Assembly: GCA_965178125.1 (NCBI GenBank)
Contig: OZ237739.1
Coordinates: forward strand, 248,001 to 312,000
DNA length: 64,000 bases
Origin: Bilabrum cf. latius
Lineage: Eukaryota
Direction: 5' to 3'
Shown here: positions 14,529 through 25,902 of the stretch, piece by piece
Layout of the letters: each line of letters begins with the position of its first letter
Numbering within the stretch: the stretch's first letter is position 1
Made by a program: the position numbers and the translations under genes
The notes under the pieces: generated by a model
The model's input: only the letters and a program-made list of their open reading frames with translations
Databases searched by the model: none
What the model was told of the DNA's origin: nothing

Positions 14529-14864
14529 TGGGGGATCCATTGGGGTTGGTAAAGGGCATGGAAGGGATCTGCAAGGCACTGGTAGCTTGTCCATTAGAAC
14601 TCTCCACCATACTTGGCGGGATGACTGTGGTGGCGTCTGCGGACACCGGCGGGGACCTGAGCCTCGGATCTCCGGCTGCCCGCTGCTGCCAAGTGAAAGG
14701 AAGCTTGCCGCTTGCCGCTTGCGATTGCAGGCGGGAGAAGGGGGTTGAGGTGGATATGGTGGATGAGCAAATTCATCAAACGCGTTACAGAAATTTCAAT
14801 GGCCGTGGTGGATGCCTCGCAGCAGAAGCAGCACCGAGAGCCATCTCCTGCCACCTTCGCAAAA

Positions 14865-15066
14865 GCCTCTCCCGATCGCTCGACGGCAATGCCCCAGCCC
14901 CTTCATCGGCCCAATGCCTCTCCCGGTCGCTCGACGGCAATGCCCCAGCCCCTTCATCGGCCCAATGCCTCTCCCGGTCGCTCGACGGCAATGCCCCAGC
15001 CCCTTCATCGGCCCAATGCCTCTCCCGGTCGCTCGACGGCAATGCCCCAGCCCCTGCATCGGCCCA
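14865..15066. repeat. 51-bp tandem repeat, about 4 copies, downstream of the TLC gene
   Basis: Unit gcctctcccggtcgctcgacggcaatgccccagccccttcatcggcccaat is repeated head-to-tail with no spacers. Confidence 0.95.
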
Positions 15067-15084
15067 GGCCCAGGTGTCCCCCCG

Positions 15085-16154
15085 TCAGCTGCCTCTCTGG
15101 TCGTCCTTCCCCTTGGACGGCTTGGAGGACCCCATCACCGCTTCCACCTTGGGGGTCACTGGGATCTGCGCCTCAGCGATCTCGTCCTGGCCCAGGATCC
15201 CGGCGACCATCTGGTACATCCACAGCCCGTTGAGGAAGCAGAAGAACAGGTTGAGCACGAAGATGGCGCAGCAGACCACCACAGAGTGGGCCCCGCCGCT
15301 GAGGATGGTGTTGGCCAGGCCATACAGAAACAGCAGCGAGGAAGGGTACCCAAACACGATCCTCGACAAAGCGAAAGCAACGGCAAACGCTATTGAGAGA
15401 GCCTTGCCGACAGGCGGCTCCGGGACGCGGTCCGATTTTGACTCCCCCTGGGCCTTGGCGCGCTTGGGATTCCATCCGATCGACCCGAAGTATATTTTCC
15501 TGCCGTGCAAGAACGGCGTGCTGCTCTCGAATACAATCACGGCAGTAGCGAACCAGTGGCAGAAGCCACCGGGCTTCATACCTGCAACGAACACAAACAG
15601 GGCGCTGGCACCGTGCAGAATGTACAGGATGCCGTAATCGTCCTTCACACAAATAACAAGGTCCCATACAAAGAAAGCTGCTGTCCATATCATCAGTATC
15701 TCGGATCGCGGGTCTTTCTCGTAGAAGTTGGTCATGAGTGACGGCGTGCAGGTTGCAAGAATGTACATTGAGACAGGTACCGCTGTCAGCGCAAAGAGTG
15801 TTGCGACTAGACGAACTGCCATGTCGTCATACATTTTGGATTCTATCTTCGGGAGGTCTGCCTCGCTGAGCTTTTGCCGCGGTCGAAGCCGGCTGACGAT
15901 GAAATTCTTGTGCAGGTCAGTTCCTCGCTTGATCAGGGTCGGGACCACGATCACTCTGATCAACAGATGCGTTGCAAAGTACGCCAGGACCGCACCGAAA
16001 AATTCTTTCCGGTGCGTCCATACTGGACTGATATAGTCGATCAGCTCGCTAACAATATCTGCAAACGTCACAAACGCAATCAATAGACTAAAATCGATGA
16101 GCTCCGAATGATAAATTATCAAATCTGTACGGTTTACTACACAAACTCACTCAT
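15085..16154 (-). CDS. TLC-domain (TRAM/LAG1/CLN8, TLCD4-like) multi-pass membrane protein; probable short 5' intron at ~16059-16150
   Basis: Motifs FFVWDL, ILHG, ESSTPFLH, AFALSRIVF and LNGLWMYQM. The start is inferred from ATG A|gtgagt...ttgcag|. Confidence 0.75.
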
Positions 16155-16328
16155 AATGTCTGTCGGAAATGCTTTTCACGGCAATATCTGTTTCTTGGTT
16201 CCGCTCTGGTCAAAGCGCGGCGCCTTCAAATCCGGAGCAAATATTATTGAGAACGAGGAGCTTTCAGGGCCTATCTACACTACCGATTCATACTTCTCGC
16301 TGAGAACGACACAACTATCGTAATTTTT

Positions 16329-17231
16329 ATGGCAGGGGTGGCAGATCCGGAGGCTGGTGAATGTGCAGCCGAAAAGCTGAAGAATTACCCCAGAACGCCG
16401 CATTTGCCGTACTCTCCGGGTCGCACCAGCGATGATAAATCGCTCACAAACGCGGATGCAGAGAAGTTTTTCGTGGGCAAGAAAATCGTGGTAACGGAGA
16501 AAATGGACGGTGGTAACGCTTGCGTTAGGAACGGCAAAGTGTACGCTCGTTCGCATTCTCATCCTGCGACACACGCAAGTTTCAGCTCTTTGAAGACATT
16601 AGCAGCTAGTTGGTCCTACCTGTACGAGCCTGAGGGGTCTGATCTACGGGATTGCTGGATTTTCGGAGAGAATCTGGAAGCAGTCCACTCGATAGAGTAC
16701 GACGCGCTGCCCGCACACTTTATGCTGTTTGCAGTTGCTGGGCCAGACGGCAAATGGTGGTCCTGGCGTCGCGTGGAGGCCGTTGCAAAGGAACTAGGTG
16801 TGCCGACCCCACGCGTCATATTCCGCGACCGTCTTGAATCGGGCAAGCAGCTTGAGGACCTCATTATGGAGCACCGCATCAAGCCCTCCTGCGCCGCGCT
16901 GGTGTCGCCCGAGACGGAGGCAACGGCGGCGGGCCCGGTCCTCCCCGAGGGCTTTGTGGTTCGATTGTCCGGCTCATTTCCCGTGTCCGACTTTGGCCAG
17001 TCCGTGGCCAAGTTCGTGGCGGCCGGGCACGTGCAGACTGGGGCCGACTGGAGGCGCACCTGGAAGAAGGCCAAGGTCGTGGAGGATGTCGGTGCCGGTG
17101 TAGACGCAGGCATTGATGAGGACGGAGAGCGCAAACTACAGGCAAAGGCTGGGTGTATCGCAGACATAGACGTAGACGGGAGTTGTGATGCGGACGCTGC
17201 ATCCAAGGTGTCCGCCGAGCTGTCAACATGA
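16329..17231 (+). CDS. RNA ligase family nucleotidyltransferase
   Basis: YPRTPHLPYSPG..DD, motif I VTEKMDGGN, IFGENL..HSIEY, F.LFAV and EGFVVR. Confidence 0.8.
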   Translation: MAGVADPEAGECAAEKLKNYPRTPHLPYSPGRTSDDKSLTNADAEKFFVGKKIVVTEKMDGGNACVRNGKVYARSHSHPATHASFSSLKTLAASWSYLYEPEGSDLRDCWIFGENLEAVHSIEYDALPAHFMLFAVAGPDGKWWSWRRVEAVAKELGVPTPRVIFRDRLESGKQLEDLIMEHRIKPSCAALVSPETEATAAGPVLPEGFVVRLSGSFPVSDFGQSVAKFVAAGHVQTGADWRRTWKKAKVVEDVGAGVDAGIDEDGERKLQAKAGCIADIDVDGSCDADAASKVSAELST

Positions 17232-17336
17232 TTGCTTCAATCACTGACTGGAAGTATACGAATTTTGTGGATTTATCATAGCAAGCCTTCATCTTTCAAT
17301 ATTTTATCTCACCATGGTAAGGTTAATAGACTGTGT

Positions 17337-18312
17337 TCACGAAACAACGCATTTCTTCTTTTTGCCGCCGCCACCGCCAGAGTTCCCTGCCTTTCGCGCT
17401 TGGGTTTCTAGATTCCGCTGTTCAGCTTCTCGCTAGGCTTGCAACTCAGCAGCCTTTGCCTGAAGTTCCTCCCGCTGCTTCTCCTTCGCAGCTCGTTCTG
17501 CGTCCAGCTTTTTCTTTCTCGCGGCCTCCTATTTTGCTTGCTCGGCTGCCTCTGCCTCGGCCTTCTTCTGCTGCTCGATCCTGTCTGCCTCCCGCAGCAG
17601 CGACTCGGCCTCTGTATCCGCCCCAGTGCACAGACCGTCCCTCACCTGCGCGTCCAGCTGACCCATCACCCGGGTCTCTTCTACGGCATCAGAGAGTAGC
17701 ATCGCGCCGGCTGCAGCTGCATCCACGCCCACCCGACACGCGCCTGCGGCCTCCTCCACGCTGCACAGCATCAACGCCTGGCAAGCAGACTGACGGACCG
17801 TCTCCCCTGCTCCAGCCCCGCCTCCCATTGCCCCAGCTGAGTCAGCCCCCCCCTTCTCTCCCCCATGGTGACTGGCCCGCAGCTCAGCCAGCCGAGCCTC
17901 AGGGGCCTCCACACCCACGCGCTGGATGGACCCCTGCACAGCTGCAGCTGCATCGGTCGCGCACTTGCCCGCGGCTTCCTGTGCCTTGGCTTTGACAGCA
18001 ACTGATGCATTGGACCGGTGCTTGGTGGCAAACGATTGGAACTGCTGACCGAGCTCCCGCTTGGCCTCAAAGGACTTCGCCTCCCCTGCCCCCCCCTGCA
18101 AATCCTCAAACTCCTTGGTGGCATCCAGCACATACTGCTGCTGTACCTCGCCCCAGATCACACGGCCGGCCTGCATCACTGCCTGCTGCGCATCTTCCCT
18201 CTTCCGCTGCAACGCCCCTTGAAGCCCCTCCCTCACCCGCTCCACGCTCGCTGTCAGCGCCTCCTTGCACTCGTCACACCCCAGGGCCTCCTCCCTGTTT
18301 AGCGTGCTGGGT
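17337..18312 (-). pseudogene. 3' part of the GBP-like GTPase gene disrupted by the virophage; coiled coil ending in polybasic + CaaX (KKKKCVVS*)
   Basis: Removing the element and one TSD copy gives the in-frame join ...LAGMGP|STLNREEALGCDECKEALTASVERVRE... Reading through TAGs reaches TGA at 17337-17339. Confidence 0.85.
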
Positions 18313-18368
18313 TCTCGCAGTCCATATGAAACCCGTAGTATACTACGGGTTTCATATGGACTGCGAGA
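18313..18368. repeat. Perfect 56-bp terminal palindrome (left)
   Basis: tctcgcagtccatatgaaacccgtagta|tactacgggtttcatatggactgcgaga. Confidence 0.98.
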
Positions 18369-18615
18369 GTAGAGTATAGGGGATTTTACTTTTGTTAAAA
18401 GTAATTACTTTCCATGAATTGTACAAGAGTCGAAATTTCTGACTGGGTTATTCTGTACGTGCAGAGATGGATCGGGAGAGAGTGTTGCTGGGCGCGAACA
18501 GATTCTCCTGCGAGTTGCTGTGGATTCCGCAATTCCTTAATGGATATAATTTACTTCTCTAGGGGTTTCAAACGGGCGAGGGGCGGTCGCGGAGCGCACG
18601 TGCGGAGCGCGTGGT
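18313..18615 (+). repeat. Left terminal inverted repeat (~303 bp)
   Basis: Reverse complement of 51825-52127; near-identical in the outer part, with several differences in the inner ~80 bp. Confidence 0.95.
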
Positions 18616-18635
18616 GTAAGATATTGTTCAGTATA

Positions 18636-18910
18636 TTTAAAAGAGTTCCACATTTTGTGTCTCAGTTTTTTACTTGGTTTAGTACGGATTTAATACAGAT
18701 GTTCCATGTTCCACATTTTTTTCACACTCTCTCTCAATATTTCATTTTTGACATTTCTCTGAAAATTTCGTTTCGAAATTATCTGTGGTTACAAAAAAAA
18801 CATGGAAACATGGAACATTTCTTTTAATCTCTTTTAAATTATGGAACAAAACATAGAACAAACTTAGAACAATCAAATAAAAAATCTTAGAACAAACACA
18901 CAAATTATAA
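18636..18910 (+). repeat. Subterminal diverged inverted repeat, partner of ~49870-50135
   Basis: aaagagttccacattttgtgtctca...ttacttggtttagtacggatttaatac...catggaaacatggaacatttcttttaat is mirrored at 49870-50135. Confidence 0.85.
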
Positions 18911-18939
18911 CTCTATAAAATATATAAGGTAATGGTTAT

Positions 18940-19461
18940 ATGGATCAAACCCTAAACCCCACACAACTAACTCATCTTGCCAATCGTTTCAGCATACCCA
19001 ATTTCAATTGGATACAATACAAAGATATCTTACATCATGGTTTACCCCAAGGCGATTTCGTACTTTTTTACCCTCAAGAACAATATGGCAACACCATCAG
19101 CGGTCACTACACCTGTGTTATTCAAACTCCCAATGTTATCTATTTCTACGATCCTTATGGCGAACTTCCTGATACACACAAAGTAAACCTTTCTGGTGCA
19201 CAAAAACAAATCCTCTACGATCGCAAACTCAACCACCAAAACCTCACCAAGTTACTCTGGCAAACTGGTAAGTTAGTTGATTATTCCCACTACCCACACC
19301 AACAATACTCCGATGATATCGCAACATGTGGTCGACACTGCGTCTTACGCCTTGCCAATCGCTAGATGAGCAATGATCAATACCACAAGTACCTAAAATA
19401 CCTTAGCAAACTAAACAATCAACCCAATCTAGATAAACTAGTGTTTCAAATAACTCAGTAA
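18940..19461 (+). CDS. Virophage maturation cysteine protease
   Basis: GHYT, YFYDPYG and HQQ...TCGRHC give the H-D-Q-C catalytic set. TAG at 19363 is read through to TAA. Confidence 0.88.
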
Positions 19462-19484
19462 TTATTATCACTGGTAGTAATTAT

Positions 19485-20396
19485 ATGGCAAAAAGTCACG
19501 TAATTGATTACCAATACGTAAACCTATAGTAGTTCAACCAAGGCAAAACCGATCTTGAAACCAATCTTGAACAAACACGACAATCAACCTTCCTCAAACC
19601 CAACAAAGGATACCTGTTTGGCATTGTTAGATGGTTTATTAGCAACGGTGTTGCCTTACCCGTTTTCCAAGCACCACTCAATCCACTTTCAATCAGTGTT
19701 GAACCCAATTCTGGCACTGCCGAAATAATTGATCTTACCTTTTCCGAGGATCTGTACTACAACATGCAGGATCTCGTCGCCGAACTCAATGCCTCAATCA
19801 AAGTTGCATGTGATAATCTATCCATTGGTACAGGTGATCAACCATCAGTTAGTTTCGACGGTAAACTATTTTCCATCAACTCCAATACCGCCTTTCGTTC
19901 CGCCAATCGTCTTGGATTCAACCCCAGATTAACCCGAATGTTACACACTTTTCGTTTTGAATCAGGCAGCGGCAATCCATCCGATAGTTGGAACTGGCTA
20001 CTACTAGAAAATGATCTCGAAACACAATTCACCGATTCACTCGAAAATATCGATCCTGTTGCCCGTATCCTTATCAAAGCACGGGGTTTACCCATTAATC
20101 AAGAACTAACACCTTTACCACTCAACTCACAAGGCAAAATCTCCGATAAAAGCGAAAGTATTGTTACCGATTTTAAAGTGGTTATGACCAACGGATCTCC
20201 TTATAGATCTTTCTTATATAATGCTAGTAGCACTCCACGATGGACTCAAATGCTGGATGTATCTGGTAGTACTAAAAACTTAACCTTTGAATTATACTGG
20301 TTAGATTATAGAGGTGTTGAAACAAGAATAAGTTTACCCAGCGAATCAGCCGCCGATATCAAGGGTTTGTTTAAGGAAATTAGCGAATTCACTTGA
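19485..20396 (+). CDS. Minor capsid protein (penton)
   Basis: N-terminus YVNLQQFN...EQTRQSTFLKP..YLFGIVRWFI...LPVF and C-terminus LTFELYWLDYRG...ADIKGLF fit the virophage penton pattern. Lies directly upstream of the MCP. Confidence 0.75.
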
Positions 20397-20421
20397 TTTT
20401 TTTTTCTACAACCTAGTTATA

Positions 20422-22143
20422 ATGAGTGAAATTAACTCTAATCTCCCTTTAGAAATTGGAATCAGCAAAAGCTACCAATTTACTGCCCCCTCTCAACTTA
20501 AGTACCAAAGTCAAGCCGATGCACGTAATGCGGTTTATGAGGATCACCCATCAACCAAACCACTTTCAAACACTGGTTGGAGCTACCGTTGGCAGTTTGA
20601 TCCTGCTGATGGATTGCTTGGTATCCCCGATATGGAATTCTAGAACCTTAGTTTCTTACTAACTCTCAATGGTGGTGGCAATCTTGTCCCCGATGACCTT
20701 AAAAACAACCTTGGTATCGCCACCTTCGGCGAATCATCAGTTGTTGAGAGAATCGATTTCAATCAAGCAGGACAAAATATCCAAACCGAGCCATCCAAAA
20801 TGCGATACATCTGGGCTGGTATGAACTCCATTGAAGTCAACTCCCTTATCACCAATGGTCCTGAACCTGATACCAGTTCAAAATATGTACCTCTGGCACA
20901 AAGCAATGTGCTTCGGGATGGTTTTAACTCCACCTCAAACACCAACACTCGCGGTTTAGGCTTACGTTACAATGCCACTCTGGAGGCTGTAGATGCCGCC
21001 ACCGTTAGATTTACTATTCCCAGTTTAATTTGCCGTCTACCCTCCGATGCTTTTGATTTCAAATCAGAGTACCCAAAACCATGCAATAGCATGGATCAAT
21101 GGAATCTTGAACTAAAACTTAATAACGTTGCCGCCAGCCTTGTTCGTTCTGGTCTTGACGACTTAAGAGTTGCATTAGAAGGAGGAACTGTAAATATGCG
21201 TCTACACACTAAGAACGCTGCACTCCAAGTTCCTCTCAGCACCAATTACGCCTACCCATGGGAAAAAACAATTCCTCATGAATTTCAGGGTAATACTGCT
21301 TTACTTGCTAATAGCGAAACCGTTGTCAGTATTCCCATCATCAGAGAAGACGTTGTTCCCGATATGTTTGTTCCTCATGTTGTGGTCAATCGTGGTGCTG
21401 ATGATTATGGTCCTGATATAACTCTACCTATTACTCACATAAGTTGCACCGTCGGCAATAAATTCAAACTTCTTGATGATCACAGCACTCGCGATCTTTA
21501 CGATTTAGCCGTTTCAAATGGCTACGTTGGTAGTTATGCCCAGTTTGCTGGTTTACTACTCAACCCCGCTGAAAGTACCCTTGCCAATTAGGTACTCGCC
21601 AATTGGAGCATCTTACCTTTACGCCCCAGTTAGATGCCACTAGATGCCGAATTAATGAGTGGTGTCAAGAAAGAGTTTAGACTCACCAGCCTACAACTCA
21701 CCATTGCCAACCGCACAGCCAATGCAATCGCAGCCGGCGATTACACCATCCAAATCCCTTTCATGTATGGCGGATACATTGAATTTAAAAATGGACGCAT
21801 TCAAGCCAAAGAGGTTGTTATTCCAGTAGCCAAAACACTCACCAGCGCTCCTGTGGTCTATCTTGAGGATGACAGCGAACATGCTATTCAAGGCGGACGC
21901 GGTGGACGCGGTTGGAAGAAATTCAAGAACTTCGTCAAGAAAGCTACACCATTTGTCCAAAAAGCCAGCAAATTTGTACGCAACCTACCAGGTGTAAACA
22001 AGGTCGCTGGTGATAGTACCGCTCTAGGACAGGTTATGAAAATGGCTGGTGCTGGTGTAAACCATGTTGGCGGTGGGGTTTAGATGGTTGGAGGTCAAGT
22101 GATGAGTTCAAGCTAGGCAGATGCAATGGGAGGTTCTTACTAA
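20422..22143 (+). CDS. Major capsid protein (double jelly roll), 573 aa
   Basis: Three track ORFs fuse in frame via TAG. Virophage-sized, with a basic Gly-rich C-terminal tail (GGRGGRGWKKFKNFVKK...GAGV..GGG). Follows the penton gene. Confidence 0.8.
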
Positions 22144-22188
22144 TTAATAAATCCATTCTAAATTATATATCTCACTATGTAATATAGA

Positions 22189-23616
22189 ATGTTTGCTGGA
22201 AAGCGAAAAAAAGCCCGTAATTTAAACGAAGTCAGATAGTTGCAACACCTAGTCAAAGCCTCTGGGCAAGCCTATCAATCACCCAATGCCCGAACCACAA
22301 TAATCTCCAAACAAGGAAAATGGATGTATGTTCCCAGTTTAAGCGATAACAAACGAGCCGTCTATCGTAACGATAAAAATCAATATATTGTTGCTTTTCG
22401 AGGCACAGTTGTCAGCGATCCTGAGGATCTATTAGACGATGCTCGAATCATTAAAAACACACTTCCCAATGGAAATAGATTTCAACGAGAGAAAAAAAAG
22501 GTTGAGGAAATCAAACAACTTAGCAATGGACAAGTTGTGCTTACTGGACACTCATTAGGAGGTGCTTTAGCCAATTAGATTGGATAGCAATTAGGAATCG
22601 AAAGTGTGGGTTGGAATGCTGGAACAGCCCCTACCGCTCGAAACTTAGTTGGCAACACCATTCGACGATTTGCCACCCAAGGCAAAACCAAAAGTTACAA
22701 CGTTAGTAGCGATCCTATTTCTCTTGGAAATCCTTTTAGCAAACGCATCAATCGCAAAGCTGGTCTAGATCCACACAGTCTTGGAAACTTTGTAATTCAA
22801 GGCGGTAAAGCACAAACTGATCCCATTATTCGCAAATTCAACTTGTTTAACTTTGCTAAACCACTACTCAAAGTTGCCAATCTTTTAGAATTAGATAATA
22901 CCTCCAAACAATCCGTGATTGAACTTAAAGGTTCGCAAACCAATCCCGTTATTTCCTTGTACGCTAGTGATTACGATTTCTTTCAACAACTAACACAAAA
23001 AGATATTCCAATGTTTGTACCACACTTAATCCATCTAGTAGAATTATTGAGTTCCAAAAGTTCTCCCCTTCGACCAGTGGAACTTAAACTAGGTGGCAAA
23101 CACTACAAACCCACAGTCAAAAATCTAAAACAGTTAGAACCCAGAATACAATCTATTATCAGCAAAGACCCTTTTGCCAAACTAGATTTAATCATGTTTG
23201 ATGGCAAATACTACCAAGAAATCACTGTGGTTTACCTATTCGAACCTCTTGCCAATCCCAAGGAAATCCAAACCCAACTACTAAACGATAGTCGGGAATA
23301 TCGCAAACAAGGAATGCGGTACAAAGCAAGTAAACGAGTGATTCAATCCAATAAAGGTACTCTCAAACAACGCCGAGCTGCCCTTAAAACACTCGAAAAT
23401 CCTAAACTTGCACAAATCAATCACACCGCCAACCATTTAGAGGCGTTCTTACGTTTTCCAAACGCAAAGCGTACCTCGCTTCAATGGATAAAACAAGATT
23501 TATCCAATGTACTCACTTCTAAACAACAAGCAGAGGTTAGCAAGTTACTCAATAAAGGAACTAAAGCAAACGTTAAACAAGTTATGGATTTATTAAAGCA
23601 ATGGAAATTAAGATAA
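22189..23616 (+). CDS. Class-3 lipase (alpha/beta hydrolase) fused to a putative Pol-beta-type nucleotidyltransferase, 475 aa
   Basis: IVAFRGT..DL.DD, GHSLGG, DPIS and H.L..F in the N-half. KGS......YASDYDF and KLDLI in the C-half. One frame via TAG, ending at TAA. Confidence 0.7.
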
Positions 23617-23642
23617 GAAAATAATATAGATTACAATAATAT

Positions 23643-23885
23643 ATGGATATCGATCTTCGAAAGATTAGCCTTAAACGCCTACACGAACTTGTTAAACTCA
23701 AGAAACAACAACTCAAGTAGAGACCCAAATAGAAACTCAGCAACTATAACCTGTTTGTAAAAGAAATGTACCCCGTTATGCGCAAAAAGGACCCCGAGCG
23801 ATACAAGAACGTCGGCAATTTTACCAAAGATGCTAGTTCCCACTCGTGGTTTGCCCAGTGGAAAAAAGAAAAGAAAATTGAATAA
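23643..23885 (+). CDS. Small basic HMG-box/YABBY-like DNA-binding protein (80 aa)
   Basis: KLSNYNLFVKEMYPVMRKKDP...WFAQWKKEK; two in-frame TAGs, so absent from the ORF track. Confidence 0.6.
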
Positions 23886-23999
23886 TCCTCTGGATACTTA
23901 CACAGACGAGTGTGATTTTACAATTAATTCCGTATTAAACTATTTGGTTTTAATACAGAAATAAATTAATTTAAAGATTCAAGATTCAGGATTCAGGAT

Positions 24000-25133
24000 T
24001 CAATTACTACAATACAACATGACCTCATTTGGAAAGACCCTCTTGTTTGCCATGGCTTCTCGCTTTGGTAGTCGTGCATGTTGTACCTTTTGAAAGAAAG
24101 TCTTTAATCTCTCTATTCGCCTCAATAACTCATCTAAATCTGGAGCATAGTTAACATGATAGGCTACTACCATCTTTTTCAATCCACTAAAATCACATTG
24201 ATCCAAGATCGGCAATTCTGCTCCCTCTATATCCATCTTAACACAATCACAACCCTCGATTGCCTCTTTAAAACTAATGGCTGGCACAATCACCCGTTTT
24301 CTTCCTCTCACCTTTCTTAAGGTGGTATGATTCCACTCTGATTTTGCTAGATACAAAGGGATTTCTCGGGTCTCACTATCCGCCACCACCGCTTGGTTAA
24401 AACAATTATCGGGGGTTACAGAATTCTAAACCAATATATTATAATTACCCTCATCTGGTTCATAACTCTTGATTGCTATTCCATGCATCTAACATCTGGC
24501 TGTAAATGCACCAATATTTGCTCCGATATCACACCACTTCTCCCCTTTCTCCTACTTGAAAAACTGTGTATATTCCATCTTTTTTCCTAACAATTCCTTA
24601 ATCACCTTGCTATCAGTAGTTTGCGGTCTCTCTACCAAATGATGATGATGATTATAAAAAACCAAACTGTATCTAGTACCTGTGAACGGTGCTGTCCAAT
24701 GCTCCTAACTGTGACCATAAAAGTAAAACGGTTTCCGATTAATATCGATTTGCTATTGAGTTCCATCCTAGTTTTTTACCACTAACTCTCCTCCTTTGTA
24801 ATTTCCAAAAGCCACAATCATGGTTATACCTTTGTTTAGGCTATCTGTATGAGGGGCACACAAAAAGTTTTTGTTGACGGTTATATTGCTGAAACGCAAA
24901 TTAGGATCAATCTAGCGCCCCAACTTCACCAGCATTTGATGAATCTCGGGATTCTTAACCATAACAGTACTTGGTTGCCAAGATTTATCTTTAGAAAACA
25001 TTTTCTAGACCAATCCAAAGTTACAAGTTGGTATACTTTTCTTTCCACCTGAAATCTTACGTCTTGTTTTTCCAACTGAAAAGGTAGGAAACTTCCACTG
25101 TTCTAAAGCATTAAATACGCTATCGTAATTCAT
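24000..25133 (-). CDS. TET/JBP-like 2OG-Fe(II) dioxygenase fused to an FkbM-family methyltransferase, 377 aa
   Basis: N-half: [47 protein letters not shown] (HxD...H...RxS). C-half: [14 protein letters not shown] and VKMDIEGAE. Continuous frame via TAG. Confidence 0.8.
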
Positions 25134-25172
25134 CTTAATCTTACGTGGCAAATTAAATCTAAGCTAATATAT

Positions 25173-25847
25173 ATGAACGCCAAAAACCAATTATGGTTGC
25201 ACGTTTTGTCTGTTGCTCAACAAACCTATCCTCACGATAAAGTTGCCCGTGACAAATACCTTGAATTAATGCGTAAAGAATTACGAATAGAACCCGATCT
25301 TGAACCCGAACCAGAACCCGAACCAGAACCAGTTCTTGAACCTGATAGCGATTCAGATGAACCAGAGCCTGAACCAGAGCCAGAACCTGAACCTGAACCA
25401 GAATCTAGACCTGCCACTCCACCATCTGCACCTAAACCCGAACCTGTTCCAAAACCTGAACCTAAACCTGCCATTCCACCATCTGGTGTGGATTTAAGCC
25501 CACCTAAATTACAACGAGAGCGATAGGTTTCTTTTGTAATTCCAGGTTTCGGTGATCCCGAACCTGAACCCGAACCCGAACCCGAACCTGAACCATTTAA
25601 AGTCGAAGTGGTTGATAGTGATAAACCCGAATTTCGATGGATGGTACAAGAGCAGGAAAACGGTGAATGGATCTATTTTGGTGATAAAGGTGCTCTGACT
25701 GCCAAAGAAATGGTGGATCGTAAAATGTGCAGTTGGAGACGTGCTTATTCCCGAGTCCATAGATATCTTAAACAACACCGTCCGGTGTCTGATGGATCTC
25801 TCGATCGATGGAAATGGGAGCAAAAATACTACTTAGCACAAAACTAA
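25173..25847 (+). CDS. Hypothetical protein with (EP)n low-complexity tracts
   Basis: Two track ORFs fuse in frame via TAG at 25524; ends at TAA. Confidence 0.7.
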
Positions 25848-25902
25848 AAACTAAATTGTTACTATTAGTTAATTGTATAATTAAATAACAGTAATTATCA
25901 AC

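Noticed and set aside
14865-15066. CRISPR array
   Set aside because: Contiguous 51-bp tandem units with no unique spacers, no cas genes and a eukaryotic context.
14480-15637. 385-aa plus-strand ORF
   Set aside because: It is made of the tandem repeat plus the antisense of the TLC gene.
22189-23616. CBASS-like system (cyclase plus phospholipase)
   Set aside because: The lipase is class-3 type rather than patatin, and the NTase call rests on one motif. Kept only as a fusion of unknown function.
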